DNA from: Octopus bimaculoides | Taxonomy: Eukaryota | Reading direction: 5' to 3' | Assembly: GCF_001194135.2 (NCBI RefSeq) | Contig: NC_068989.1 | Location: 47,599,337-47,653,683 of the forward strand | DNA length: 54,347 bases | Shown here: positions 37,259 to 49,229 of the stretch, piece after piece | Numbering within the stretch: the first letter of the stretch is position 1 | How the letters are laid out: every line of letters starts with the position of its first letter | Position numbers and translations under genes: made by a program | The notes under the pieces: generated by a model | The model's database searches: none | What the model was told of the DNA's origin: nothing | The model's input: only the letters and a program-made list of their open reading frames with translations

Positions 37259-37584
37259 CTCATTCATTGGTATTCATCTGTTGGTGTTCAGCAATTGGTG
37301 TTCAACCATTCGCGTTCAACTATTGAACATTGTGTTGTGATGGTTTGGGAGGAAACTGTTATCATAAAGAACTGTACGGGACTCACACCGAAAGATTTCA
37401 ACGAATGGTTCACTCAGAATGAAAATTCCTTCTGGTCTATAGACACTGAAATATACAGACCTACTTTACAATATATTTTGAGAATTCAGGACTAGAATGA
37501 TGACCTGTCCACCATAAACTGGTGTAATACCGATGTATTCTTTCCTTAAATGAATTTTCCTATAACTGGAAACTCATACCACGT

Positions 37585-38407
37585 ATTCAGAATTAATATA
37601 TGACGGTTTTTATGTCTTTTTGTTTCAGGAAGATTCTGACGTATTGAGGGGAAAATAGGCGGTATTGTCAAGAGCATGCGTTGTTATTGAAAAAAATATG
37701 TTAGATGGCATGAAATACGGGAAGCCCTCTGAATATTGGAAAAGAGTTACCTGTATCATGATGATTTGTGCCGGGTATCAAAATGCTGACATCAATACTG
37801 CTGCTGAATGCTCTGAGACATTGTAAAGGATGCAAGACGGGACATGAACATCATGAAAACCAAGTTCCTCCAGACTGTCATGGTCTTTCTGTGTCTCTAG
37901 TGAGAGGGACGTGATGCCGCTCCACATACTTGAACAGGGCCTTAGGCTCAGTTCAGACGGCTATGTGAGGCTGTAGTCAAACCCTGGTTGGAGAGAACTA
38001 TATATGAGGAAGCAGGATTCGTATCCTTGTCATACCCCCGAAAAGAGTCAAAAGTGGTTGTCGAAAATTTTCTGCGACTTCACAAGCCTCAATTTCTGGT
38101 CTTCGTATTCTCCCTATGTAATTTCCTTAAATTAAGATAAATGGAGCAACACCAAGGCCGAGCTGGTGGCCAAGGTCAAAAAGGTTGCAAAGATCTTCCC
38201 ACGGGCTGAGTTAAGAACGCATGCGCCAGGTTCTGGGGCCGTCATGGAGCCGTAGTGGAACTGTTGGTGGCAAATTTGAGTAAACTGTTATTTCCCAAAC
38301 ATAATCTAGTTGGAAGTTTTTGATATGTTTTCAGAATCGTTCATTTTTGGAAAGAATGATGTGTTTTCTTTTTCTTTTAGGTAATCTGCCAAATTTAGCC
38401 GGAATAG
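37585..38407 (+). mobile_element. Internally deleted DD37D/maT-like transposon (coding relic 37709-38283)
   Basis: MKYGKPSEYWKRVTCIMMICAG; MKTKFLQTVMVF..SSEGDVMPLHILEQGLRL; QDS followed by 37 residues to the SPYVISLN(D) site; GGKFE*. Ends are inferred from weak TIR similarity (tattcagaattaatatatgacgg vs ctgccaaatttagccggaata). Confidence 0.82.
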
Positions 38408-38625
38408 CTTTGTTAAAACAGTATATTTCAGCAGTCACGTATTGAGGAGACAGAACTTTCATATGGCTGTCAAGAACTGTCTCACTATTAGATAATTCTA
38501 AGCCATTATCTTATAAAAAAAAATGAATCAAACTTTTTCGAGTAATACCAACGATTTTTTAATAGATATTTCCATTGAACCAATGGAAAATTCTATTACA
38601 TATTGCACCAAATTTGTTCCTTAAT

Positions 38626-38666
<41 letters not shown>

Positions 38667-38699
38667 TATTCAACAATCTCTACAAAACCAGAGAAGTCA

Positions 38700-39870
38700 C
38701 ATAAGCCATCCAGTATCTGGCCCAATCATGACAGCAACCTTCATTCCCTCATGGGCGGAGATGATAATATTCAACATCTTGTCAAGTATACCAAGCTTTT
38801 TCAAAACTTTCCATAATGTTTGCCAGTTAACAGTGTCGAAGGCCCTAATAAGGTCAACGAATACCATGAACAACTCTTGATTTTTCTCACATACATTCTC
38901 CATGATCTGTCGAAGGGCAAAGATGATGTCGATAGTGCCACAACCAGAGCGAAATCTGCACTGTAATTCTGGATGGATATCATTTACAACGTGTTTTGAT
39001 GATCCTGTCAAGAATGAGTCGAGCAAGAATTTTACCAGTAATAGACAGAAGCGATATCTCGCAATGATTATTGCAGACCCTTGTTTCTTTGTTCTCATAG
39101 TGATGTTAAATTGAGGCATCCTTGAAGTCCTATGGTACACGGCCTACCTTCCAAATAGTTATGAGGAGGTCATGTAGTTTCTTAAAAACTTTCTGTCCAC
39201 CATGCTTGTAGATTTCTGGAGGGACAGAATCCTTGCCAGGCGCTTCACCAGAGCAGATCTGTTTAATAAGACTTTACCATTTCTAGGAAGGTTGGCTCCA
39301 GAGACAGTTCCGGGTTTTAGCGTGCTGTGGAATAGACAGCATTAGTGACTGAGGTGGAGTTCAACACGGCTTCGAAGTGATCTTTCCGTCGTTTCAGGAT
39401 GTCTGATTTGTCAGTCAATAGTGTCTCTCTATTCGATGAAAAAATAGGAGTAATATCGTGCTCTTGAGGACCATACACTTTCATGAGGCTAACATAAAAG
39501 TCTTTAGAATCCTTTCTGTTTGCCGCTTCTTGGAGTCCAGTAGCCTTCGAAGGCCACCAAGCCTTCTTCATCTGTCTCAGAGCACGCGAGACCTGGCCTC
39601 TGCATTTCTTGTAGGCATTCTCTTTTCTGGATGAGTTCTTATCATTTATCTATATTTTGTGAGAGCTGTGCATTTTATTTGTCAACTGTTGGACATCTAT
39701 GTTATTATCACTGAACCAATCTTGATGTTTACAAACCGAAAGTCCAAGACCCTCTACAGATGCACAGTGCATTGCATCACGCTGAGCCTTCCAAGACGAT
39801 TCTATGTCATCGTTGATATCAACAGTCTTGAGTGTAGTGTCCATACACGCATACTCTTTCATTATCGTTT
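38700..39870 (-). mobile_element. RTE-BovB-like LINE fragment (linker and RT N-terminal half), truncated at both ends
   Basis: WKAQRDAMHCASVEGLG..KHQDWF; FYVSLMKVYGP; DFKDA; EISLLSITGKILAR; PELQCRFRSGCGTIDIIFALRQ; FVDLIRAFDTVNWQTLWKVL. Confidence 0.93.
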
Positions 39871-40454
39871 ATCGTTTTCTTTTTAGATTCGCACCGATTA
39901 CTATTCACACATTATACGCTTTATTTGCTTAACAAAATGGCAGTACCGATAGAGCGCTGGATAAATTGCTACACAGTATTTTTTTCGGTTTGTTTTGCGT
40001 TCAGTTTTTCGAATCCTGCCATAACCAACTTTACCTTTTACCAATTCCAGGTTTCTAAATGTACTTGTAAACTACTAAATTCAATATAATTGACTCTACT
40101 TCTATCTTACAACTACCAGTTTTGGGGCTTATGTAAGAAATCAGTTTTTATTTTTTAATTTTATGTTATTTATTAACTTTCATTTATTTGTAGCTTTATT
40201 CGTTTTTTATAATTGCGTTTATTCATGCGTTTGTTTGGTCCCTTATATTAAGTTACGTTGTTGTTGTAGTTTTTACTTAATTGCTTGGGCTGTGTATGAC
40301 TGGAATAATGCCAGGTTTAGTTGCCAATACTTCCACACTGTGTAAAAATAAACAAGGTCATCTATTTATACAGAAGATAGAAATTTTGATCTGTTTTCTA
40401 ACCTGACTTCACATTTCTCTGTGTGATGTTGCTGTTTCGGGCAGTTAAGGTAGC

Positions 40455-40462
40455 GGAAGGGG

Positions 40463-40544
<82 letters not shown>

Positions 40545-40670
40545 AAGAAACAAAGAAACAAAGAAACAAAGAAACAAAGAAAGAAACAAAGAAGACAGGA
40601 AAGAAAAAAGGCAGAAAAAACGAAAGAAAGAAAGAAAGAGAGAGACAGACAGAAAAGAAAAAAGGTGGAA

Positions 40671-40723
<53 letters not shown>

Positions 40724-40870
40724 GAAGACAGAAACAACGAAAGATTGGACAAACATCCAGAGGAAAATGAAATGAAGAAAGGGGAAAAGAAACAAGAATA
40801 AAACTGGAAAGAAAGAAAGAAAGAAAATTAAGAAGCGAAGAGGAAGGACAGAAGAAAGAAGGACAGAAGG
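40455..40870. repeat. Compound polypurine tract (GA)n/(GAAA)n/(GAAACAAA)n
   Basis: About 400 bp almost entirely A and G on the plus strand. Confidence 0.95.
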
Positions 40871-41231
40871 AATGAACTAATAAATGAATGAATAAATACA
40901 TAAACAAGCAAAATCAAATGTAGCAACAAAAGAAAAGAGTTAACGTTCAGTTTCGGGGAACTGTTGAGATAAATTAGATTAATGAAGTATGCGAAGCTTG
41001 AAATATTTCCTAACAATTTTCATCTTCTGGAAAGGTGGGATTTAGGGATGTTTGTCCATTCCTCTTTTTATTTTCTTATTTAACTATTTGTTATTTTGCT
41101 AGTTTTTCATTATTATTTTTCTTTTTCTTTTGATTTTTTTTTTCGTTGACCAGGTATTAAAGAACCAACCAAATTAGTGCGAGTCGAAGTTACTAACAGC
41201 TGCAGCATTGTTAAATCGATGAGAAGTTTCT

Positions 41232-41390
41232 TAGGCTCGGCGGTGTCGTAAAAAGTTTCCTCCAAAACCATAAGCTTTCGTGTTCAGTTCCACTCCGTAG
41301 CATCTTAAGCTTCAGTCTTCTAGTATAGCTTTGGGTCGAATAGAGCCTTGAGAGTGGACCTGGTAGATGGAAACTGAAAGAAGCCCGTCT
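41232..41390 (+). mobile_element. SINE family B head, diverged
   Basis: gttcagttccact...ctagtatagc...gccttgagagtggacctggtagatggaaactgaaagaagcccgtc followed by (CA)n. Confidence 0.8.
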
Positions 41391-41572
41391 ACACACACAC
41401 ACACACACATATTGTATGTATGTCATTATTCAGTTTCATTTCGAGATTTCTTCTCAATAGAGAAGGAGACGGTTTCTAACCAAGTGTCAAGGCTCCTTCA
41501 TTGGAATTTCAACAACAGGGTATTTTTGTATGTATGTATGTATGTATGTGTGTGTGTATGTATGTATGTATG

Positions 41573-41606
<34 letters not shown>

Positions 41607-41681
41607 TGTATGTATGTATGTATACGTACAGATTCATAATTTTTGTCTAATGAGTGTATTCTCATGCATATACTTGCATAT

Positions 41682-42054
41682 ACCCAGTGGTTAGGGCAGC
41701 GGACTCGCGGTTATAAGATCGCGGTTTCGATTCCCAGACCGGGCATTGTGAGTGTTTATTGAGCGAAAACACCTAAAGCTCCACGAGGCTCCGGCAGGGG
41801 ATGGTGGCGAACCCTGCTGTACTCTTCCACCACAACTTTCGCACAATCTTACTTCTTGTTTCTGTATGCCTGTAATTCAAAGGGTCAGCCTTGTCACACT
41901 GTGTCACGCTGAATATCCCCGAGAACTACATTAAGGGTACACGTTTCTGTGGAGTGCTCAGTTACTTGCACGTTAATTTCACGAGCAGGCTGTTCCGTTG
42001 ACCGGATCAACTGGAACTCTCGACATCGTAAGCGACGGAGTCCCAACAACAACA
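41682..42054 (+). mobile_element. SINE family C, slightly 5'-truncated, (AAC)n tail, 10-bp TSD
   Basis: TSD acttgcatat at 41672-41681 and 42055-42064; body matches 23172-23536. Confidence 0.96.
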
Positions 42055-42082
42055 ACTTGCATATCTAGAAATACTCATATGC

Positions 42083-42610
42083 TTAAATGATAATCTTCTG
42101 GAAAGTTTTACAGATTTTTACAGTTCTAGTGTTGGATTGGATTTGTAGTCTTCGAATTAGCTTTCCTGGATCGCAAACGCATACCGTTCAAAGTGGTAGG
42201 CAGTAATCCGGCTATTGGTCTGTGATAGACTGCTTTGATGTTATCATGTCGGAGATATTCGTCTGCTCATATAGGCTCATCCTCTCATCTGATTATACAT
42301 TGCCGTACAACTTCTTTGGGCTTGTATTCTAGGTTATCAGAGAAGCAATGTGGCTCAAGGAGCTGCCGTCCAAGTTATATGATGTTATGAGCTTCATGTA
42401 TGCAAACTTGGTCAAGAGATACACTTCGACACTTGGTTGCCGAAGGAATATGATACGACATTCAAAAGCATTTTGGATCGATGTTAAGCCTCTGCCGCCT
42501 TGTTTTCGTTTTAGATAGGGGCGGTCTACGTCACTGTTTATGTGGAAATTACGTGTGCTTGTTATTATTTCGGGTTTTCATATCAATGGCTCTGATCTCA
42601 TCAAGCCTTC
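42083..42610 (-). mobile_element. R4/Dong-like (RLE-type) non-LTR retrotransposon 3' relic, internally deleted
   Basis: IRAIDMKTR..TSTRNFHINSDVDRPYLKRKQGGRGLTSIQNAF (DVDRLY..R..GGRGL motif) and C-terminal LQIQSNTRTVKICKTFQKIII*. Confidence 0.8.
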
Positions 42611-42714
42611 AATCAAGCATGCATGTGTATATTTATGTATGTTTGTTCGTATGTATGCATGTATATAAAGATTAAAGACATTTTTCGGTCATGAATGATC
42701 ATGGGATTGCACCT

Positions 42715-42810
42715 ATAAAGTTTCTCTCCTAAGCACAAGCTTGCTTTGCCCCAGCATGGCCACAGTCTAATGACTGAAACAAGTAAAAGAAAAGACTAAA
42801 AGAAAAAGCT
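42715..42810 (+). mobile_element. SINE family B tail
   Basis: ccccagcatggccacagtctaatgactgaaacaagtaaaaga. Confidence 0.85.
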
Positions 42811-42949
42811 AATTACGTCTGCTGGTCATTTCTAAATGTCAATATAGAGATCGTCTATTGATGGCTACCTTTGATAAAGGCAGATCTGGATATCCAATCG
42901 ATTGACTCACAATAGACTGGCAAAGGACGACAAAGGAAAGTTACAGCTT

Positions 42950-43210
42950 GAGATAATAAATATAAAACAAATTAAATGTAAAATAGGGGTGTTCAATAAA
43001 ATACAGCAATAAATTATAACGATGAGATGTTTAATTAAAAAATATATAAACAGAGATTTAATATAAAACAACGATGCTAAATATATAACAGAGATCTAAG
43101 TATAAAACAGGGTTTATTAAATATAAAACCGGGATATTAAATGTAATGTTAGACTATCAAATACAAAACGGGGATTTAGATACAGAACAGAATATCAAAC
43201 ATATAACCAC
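42950..43210 (+). repeat. Degenerate minisatellite, units of about 19-21 bp, consensus near AAATATAAAACAGGGATTT
   Basis: Units such as aaatatataaacagagattt, aaatatataacagagatct, aaatataaaaccgggatatt, aaatacaaaacggggattt. Confidence 0.75.
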
Positions 43211-44164
43211 CCTGGATTCTATAAGAGTAACATAGATTTCCTACTCACTCGCTATTTTTCTAGTTGCTTGATTTTCCTATTTTTCGTTATTTCTTTTATT
43301 CTCCTGTAGAGTGAAGTGTATCCCTGTAGGAGTGTGATTATTAAATTTGGTTTCAGTTATCTCTCCTAATATAGCATTTGGTATGGAACAGCATATTAGC
43401 TCACCGAATCAATTAAGATCAACACAATTTTGATTAAATGTGTAATAATAAAGTCTTTAAATAAAAACAACAAAAAAAGAAATTACAAACCATTTCTCTT
43501 TAATGAAAATTTAAGGGCTTAGTGTTCTGTTTACAGTAAACAATAAATATTATTAAGCAGTAATTACGCTTACCGAGATTAAACCGCCTGGTTGCAAAAA
43601 TTTCATTTCATCTTCGATTTTTGACGTCCATGGTGAAGATCGTGTTACATGGTCCCTTAATTATAGGCTGTATGTGGGATTGTTCCATCTTTATATCTTC
43701 CAAAGGTCACATCAATACTTTCCGGTGGAAGGATCCCTGTCTTCATCTACCTTTAAGCACAAGCGACACAGAAGATGCGTTCAGGGTTACCAACTGTAGT
43801 CATTAGTTTGGCGAAACTGGGAGACGCCAGTATAGGTTGACTAAAGTAACTCAAGTACCAGACTGGGAGTACAATTTTATAGACCCTTGAGAAATGAAAC
43901 ACAAAGCTGACTTCGAGAAGAAGTGAACTCAGAATGTAATGCGATCGCATTATATGCAATGATTCATTTTTCCGCCACACTATCAATTCTGTTGAACTAT
44001 CGACTTTTTTTGCATATATGTAGTAATGATTGTCTACATTGGAGATAATATTGACTGCACTTTATGAAGTTAAGTGAAGTATCTAGCACAATGTACAGCT
44101 TTGAATACAGGTATATATATCAAAATGAATAACGTAGGGCGATCATAGTTTGTATTCTATTACT

Positions 44165-44205
44165 ACAATGAAAAGTATGTGTCTGTGACACATACTTTTC
44201 ATTGT
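44165..44205. repeat. Perfect hairpin, 19-bp stem, 3-nt loop
   Basis: acaatgaaaagtatgtgtc-tgt-gacacatacttttcattgt. Confidence 0.97.
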
Positions 44206-44831
44206 TGATCGCCTTCAGGCAGTTTGTATACTGTCGCTGAACTTAATAAATTAGAAGGCAAAATTCTATAAGTTGTAACCTATCATCTTAAAAGAAGACA
44301 GGTCATATGGTATAATGTCATAAACATACAAGAAAGAAGAGATAGACCTGGCTGTGACACCTTTGATCCTCCATAGACACAAACAGAAGCAACCACAAAT
44401 TCAAATTCAAACGTAGCTGTAAATATGTACAAGAAGATATTATTCGTCACTACTGTTAGCGATCGATGCTCTCTATATAGTTTTCTCACATAGACACACG
44501 GGCACAAACTGGTACAGGGTGCGTTATATGCGATCAACATAACAATGTATATCTTGTTGCTTTGTTCATTTCGGAAAATGAAGTAAAGGTAATCTTTCTT
44601 GGATTTGAAACAAAGAACTTCGAAAATGCGTTTCTAAATGGTATTCGCTTTGCGTGATCGATTGGTCGTATTTATATGATCTCGTAAGGAGCTGATGAAT
44701 ATTTTACACCTAAGTAGATGGAGAATGGAGACAAAATATTCGCCGATGATAATGATACTTAGAATAGTACGTTGAAACAATGATATAACCTCTATGGTAT
44801 GTACATAAATAGAATAGTGGGTTAGAGCAGG

Positions 44832-45222
44832 GATACTGCTTCAAAAGGGACAAACCATTAATGGAGAGTACTATACCAACTTGTTTTCAATGGCTGCTAT
44901 ACGTGATTGTAGTTTTGAACTTATTGATCACCCTCTCTATTCTCCTGATGTGACCTCATGTGACTATCATTTGTTCTCCAACAAGAAAATCTACTTGGCT
45001 AGGAACTAGAATCGCCCTGATGATAAAATCATATGGGCTATTCATAAGCTTTTTTTTTTTTTTATCAACAGGATAAAAGCTTTTTCACTAATGGGATCTA
45101 AACGCTGCAAAACACCGATGGAAGAACGTGGACTACAAGGGAGACTATGTTGAAAAATAAACCCCATTTCAAACACATTCCATGAGAGTTTCTAGGACAG
45201 CTTATGATCTTTTCAGCCGACT
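44832..45222 (+). mobile_element. Mariner transposase 3' relic with internal deletion
   Basis: YLQKGQTINGEYYTNL joined to AAIRDCSFELIDHPLYSPDVTSCDYHLF...RWK..VDYKGDYVEK*; the HDNARPH segment is absent. Confidence 0.88.
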
Positions 45223-45300
45223 TTCATAATCGATATAACCACCCACTGAAATTGCTGGCCTTGTGCCAAAATCTGAAATCAATATTTCGTCTATCTTTGT

Positions 45301-45450
45301 GTTCTGAGTTCAAATTTCACCGGGGTTGACTTTATCTTTCATCCTTTCTGGATCGAGGAAACAAGTACCAGTTAAACACTGAAAACGAAAATTGACTAGC
45401 AACCTTCTCCCAAATTTCAGGTCTTGTGCCTATGACAGAAACTATTATAT
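45301..45450 (+). mobile_element. SINE family A, 5'-truncated (a second tail fragment lies at about 45228-45285)
   Basis: gttctgagttcaaatttc...ctttcatcctttc...aagtaccagt...ggtcttgtgccta. Confidence 0.85.
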
Positions 45451-45517
45451 TCTATAATTATATCACATATGCATTGTATATATAACGCATATATATATAT
45501 ATCCTATACAGACATAG

Positions 45518-45558
<41 letters not shown>

Positions 45559-46378
45559 TACAGAGCGATAGATAGAGGTATACATCCACCACATAGACAT
45601 GAAATTATATATGTACATACCACTTATGCACATATGTTTGCTCACATATGTAAATATAATACATAACATATATACCAAATTTGTCTATGTATGCGTGTGT
45701 TTATATACTTCTGCATGTGTTCGTGTGTATACTCACACGTACATTAATTTATTTCTCATGCACACACACAAATACAAAAGGGCACTTTCTGTGTATGTGT
45801 GGTTTGTGTGTGTGTGTGTGTGTGTGTGTGTATCTGTGTGTGTGTCTGTCTGTGTGCATGTATGCGTGTGTATATGTGTGTGTGTACGTGTGTGTGAGTA
45901 TGTAAGGATTCTAGATAAGCTTGATACATAAACATAGAGTTACATAAATACATTATTTTTTGTTCTTCACTATAATATTTTTGATTATTTTAGATAATTG
46001 TATTTTTATAATATTGTTTACAGTCTTATAAAATAATAAAAAATAAAAAGATGTTATCAAGATAATTTTATCTCAAGTCTGTTTCAAAACTTTGTTACTT
46101 TAATGGAAATAAAATAGAAATGTAACTTCTAAGACACAAATATATGTTCATTCTTTCTATTATTTTGGACAATTAATTTACATCACAATTTCTGTGAAAT
46201 ACGTGATGCCATATTCAACGGGTGTTTACTTATCTTTCTTTATATTTTACCTCTTCAATACTTTAAAAGGTTTTTTTTTTTCAAAGATTGAAGAAAATAA
46301 CGGATTTTGTTTTCAATTTAACAAAACACATTCTTTTATTATATTTCATTTTGGCCAGAAACAAAGCTATATTTTTCA

Positions 46379-46471
<93 letters not shown>

Positions 46472-46501
46472 NNNNNNNNNNAAACAAAGCTATATTTTTC
46501 A

Positions 46502-46602
<101 letters not shown>

Positions 46603-46804
46603 AGTATGTATGTATGTACGTGTATATATATATAGATATATATTTACTGATTTACTCTAAGGAAGCGAAGTCATTTCAGGGTTGTCTCTCTTGCGCTACA
46701 TAGTACTGATAATAGTCAAGAAGCTAAAAATGCATTTAACCCTCCGCCAGAGGATGTTTAGAAATGTCTTTGAAATCACTTTTATGGTTTAGCTGATTAC
46801 GTCA

Positions 46805-47023
46805 TTAGACAGCAGCTATGGTGGGGCACAGCTTCGAATAATTTTAGTCGAACGAATCGATGTCAAAGCCCGATACTTATCCTATCGGTTTTCTTTTGCT
46901 GAACCGCTATGTTACGGGGAGATAAACCCACCAAAGCCGGTTGTCAAGCGGTGGTGGGCCACTCATATACACAGATACAGACACAGACACACACATACAC
47001 ACGTACACACACAGCACACATTC

Positions 47024-47054
<31 letters not shown>

Positions 47055-47345
47055 NNNNNNNNNNNNNNNNNNNNNNNNNNNNNNNNNNNNNNNNNNNNNN
47101 NNNNNNNNNNNNNNNNNNATATATACATATATATATATTTGAAAATTTAGTGTATAAAAAATATACCTGCTATGCTAGAAAGAAGAGTCAACTCTCCAAA
47201 GCCACATATTTTTTCACTATTTATAACAACCAAATCTATTACGAGGCTCTGGTCGGCTCGTGGCTTTCCCAGTGCTCTACTCTATGAGGTTGAACAGGGA
47301 ACTAGTTCTTGTGAAGCAAACCTCTTACCACACTACCACTCTTGG
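46805..47345 (-). mobile_element. SINE family B spanning an internal microsatellite and gap
   Basis: Body tttagtcgaacgaatcga...gaaccgctatgttacgggg...ggttgtcaagcggtggtggg (46805-46965); degenerate head at 47225-47345. Confidence 0.8.
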
Positions 47346-47549
47346 TGTATTTTTAACACCTATTGCCTAAAGGCGTGAATTGTTCCCAATGGCAAACAAG
47401 TGTGAATATGGCCTTTCTTTAGGTCAAATATGTCCCAAGCATATTCGAATCGATCTAGTATATAAGCTCTAGTTAGTTTAAAATCAAAGGCGTTATAGAA
47501 GCGAGGGAATTTGAAAGCTGAAATATATGACATTGTTCTTATGTGACAG

Positions 47550-47632
47550 GTCAATGGGATTCTGAGTGAAGTGGAGTTGAATTTCCTTTTTACGCCATAT
47601 ACAATAGAAGAACGAGATTATCCGGTTGGCCG
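47550..47632 (+). other. Candidate 83-nt exon (VNGILSEVELNFLFTPYTIEERDYPVG), unverified
   Basis: ttgttcttatgtgacag| acceptor; CCG|gtaaca donor; open in phase 0. Confidence 0.2.
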
Positions 47633-47810
47633 GTAACAATCATCTTCAAAAGCGACGGAAGTCCGTTCTTTACATGTCTGTTTTCTGTCTAAAATTTTTA
47701 CTACCACAGCTACAACAATATATGCTCTTGCAAGACGGCAATCAGTTAATCACTCGGATCTCATGTCCGCCGATGTACCAATTCTTCTTTCACCTTTTAT
47801 ATTCTTTTCT

Positions 47811-48020
47811 ACTCAAGGCACAAGGCCCGAAATTTTTTTGAGGGAAGGGGGCCAGTCGATAAGGTTGACCCCAGTACGAAACTAGTACTTAAGTTAACGC
47901 CCCTAAAAGGATAAAAGCAAAGTCGACCTTGGCGGAATTTGAACTCAAAGCATAAAGACAGACGAAATACTTCTAAGCATTTCGCTCGGCGTGCAAACGT
48001 TTCTGGCAGCTCACCGTCTT
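47811..48020 (-). mobile_element. SINE family A, full length
   Basis: ggcacaaggccc (tail) ... gtcgaccttggcggaatttgaactc ... gcatttcgctcggcgtgcaaacgtttctggcagctcacc (head). Confidence 0.92.
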
Positions 48021-48616
48021 CTTTGACCTGTTATATTATGCCACATATCTTGACGCTGCACTGAACACTACAGAATTTTCATGATCATTATTAATTTCTT
48101 TTGATATTTTTTTAATTGATGCAAAAATACGTTTGTATACATGTGTCTGCATTATTAAGTATTTCTTTGAGACCTGTACTGAAAACACGACTATTTTCTA
48201 TTTTGAAATATAATAATTCTAAAAGATGCGTGTATCAAACTCTACAGTTGACTTGGAATTGTAATTTCACAAATTCATCTTCATCGATGTTTGTATGTTA
48301 TCACAACCGCAGCTTCACGATATAGAAGGGATATGATTACTCTGGTTCATCATACATACATACGTACATATATACATACATACGTGCACGCATGCATACA
48401 TACTTATGTATTATATATGTATCTATGTATGTATGTATATATATATATATATATATNNNNNNNNNNNNNNNNNNNNNNNNNNNNNNNNNNNNNNNNNNNN
48501 NNNNNNNNNNNNNNNNNNNNNNNNNNNNNNNNNNNNNNNNNNNNNNNNNNNNNNNNNNNNNNNNTGTGTGTGTGTGTGTGTGTAATGTATGTATGTATGT
48601 ATATATCTATATATAG

Positions 48617-48695
<79 letters not shown>

Positions 48696-49229
48696 CATAT
48701 AAATGTATGTATGTATGTATGTATGTATGTGTGTATGTATATGTGCGTGAGAGAATTAATCAGGGATTTATATATTTAGCTTTGACGGGAACAAAAAAAT
48801 AAACTATTTTGGAGATTATAAACATTTAAAACGATACTCCAGCCGTTTGTTAATGTCTCTGAAAGAAATAATATAACATTAAGCAGAAAAGAATCCATTA
48901 AAAGATATATGTGTATTTTATTTACTTTTCTTTATTTTTTTATCATTCTCTGACTATATATATATATATATATATATATATCACTTTCATTTCATTTTAT
49001 GTTTTTTTAATACAGAATCATAAAAGTTAATTCTCTTAGCCTGGTGAAATAAACAAATGCAGAATAGCAAATGTTAATATTTACAACTGTGTACGTAAGT
49101 GTCAAATGTTGGGTAGATGGAATTTAATACTGTTTTTCCGGTATGTGACTTATCATGTGAGCGATTCATTTACGAATTCTTGCGATGTAACCGAGTAGCT
49201 GAGTAGCTAATATACTTTTATGCTTTTGA

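Noticed and set aside
42950-43210. CRISPR-like array
   Set aside because: Units are degenerate and contiguous with no unique spacers; eukaryotic context and no cas genes.
44320-44410. KKEEIDLAVTPL resembling an ionotropic glutamate receptor ligand-binding motif
   Set aside because: Short match, in-frame stops on both sides, no supporting splice sites or other receptor exons.
47360-47554. Minus-strand ORF FKFPRFYNAFDFKLTRAYILDRFEYAWDIFDL as an exon
   Set aside because: Has a possible acceptor but no recognisable homology or good donor, and no other minus-strand exon candidates support it.
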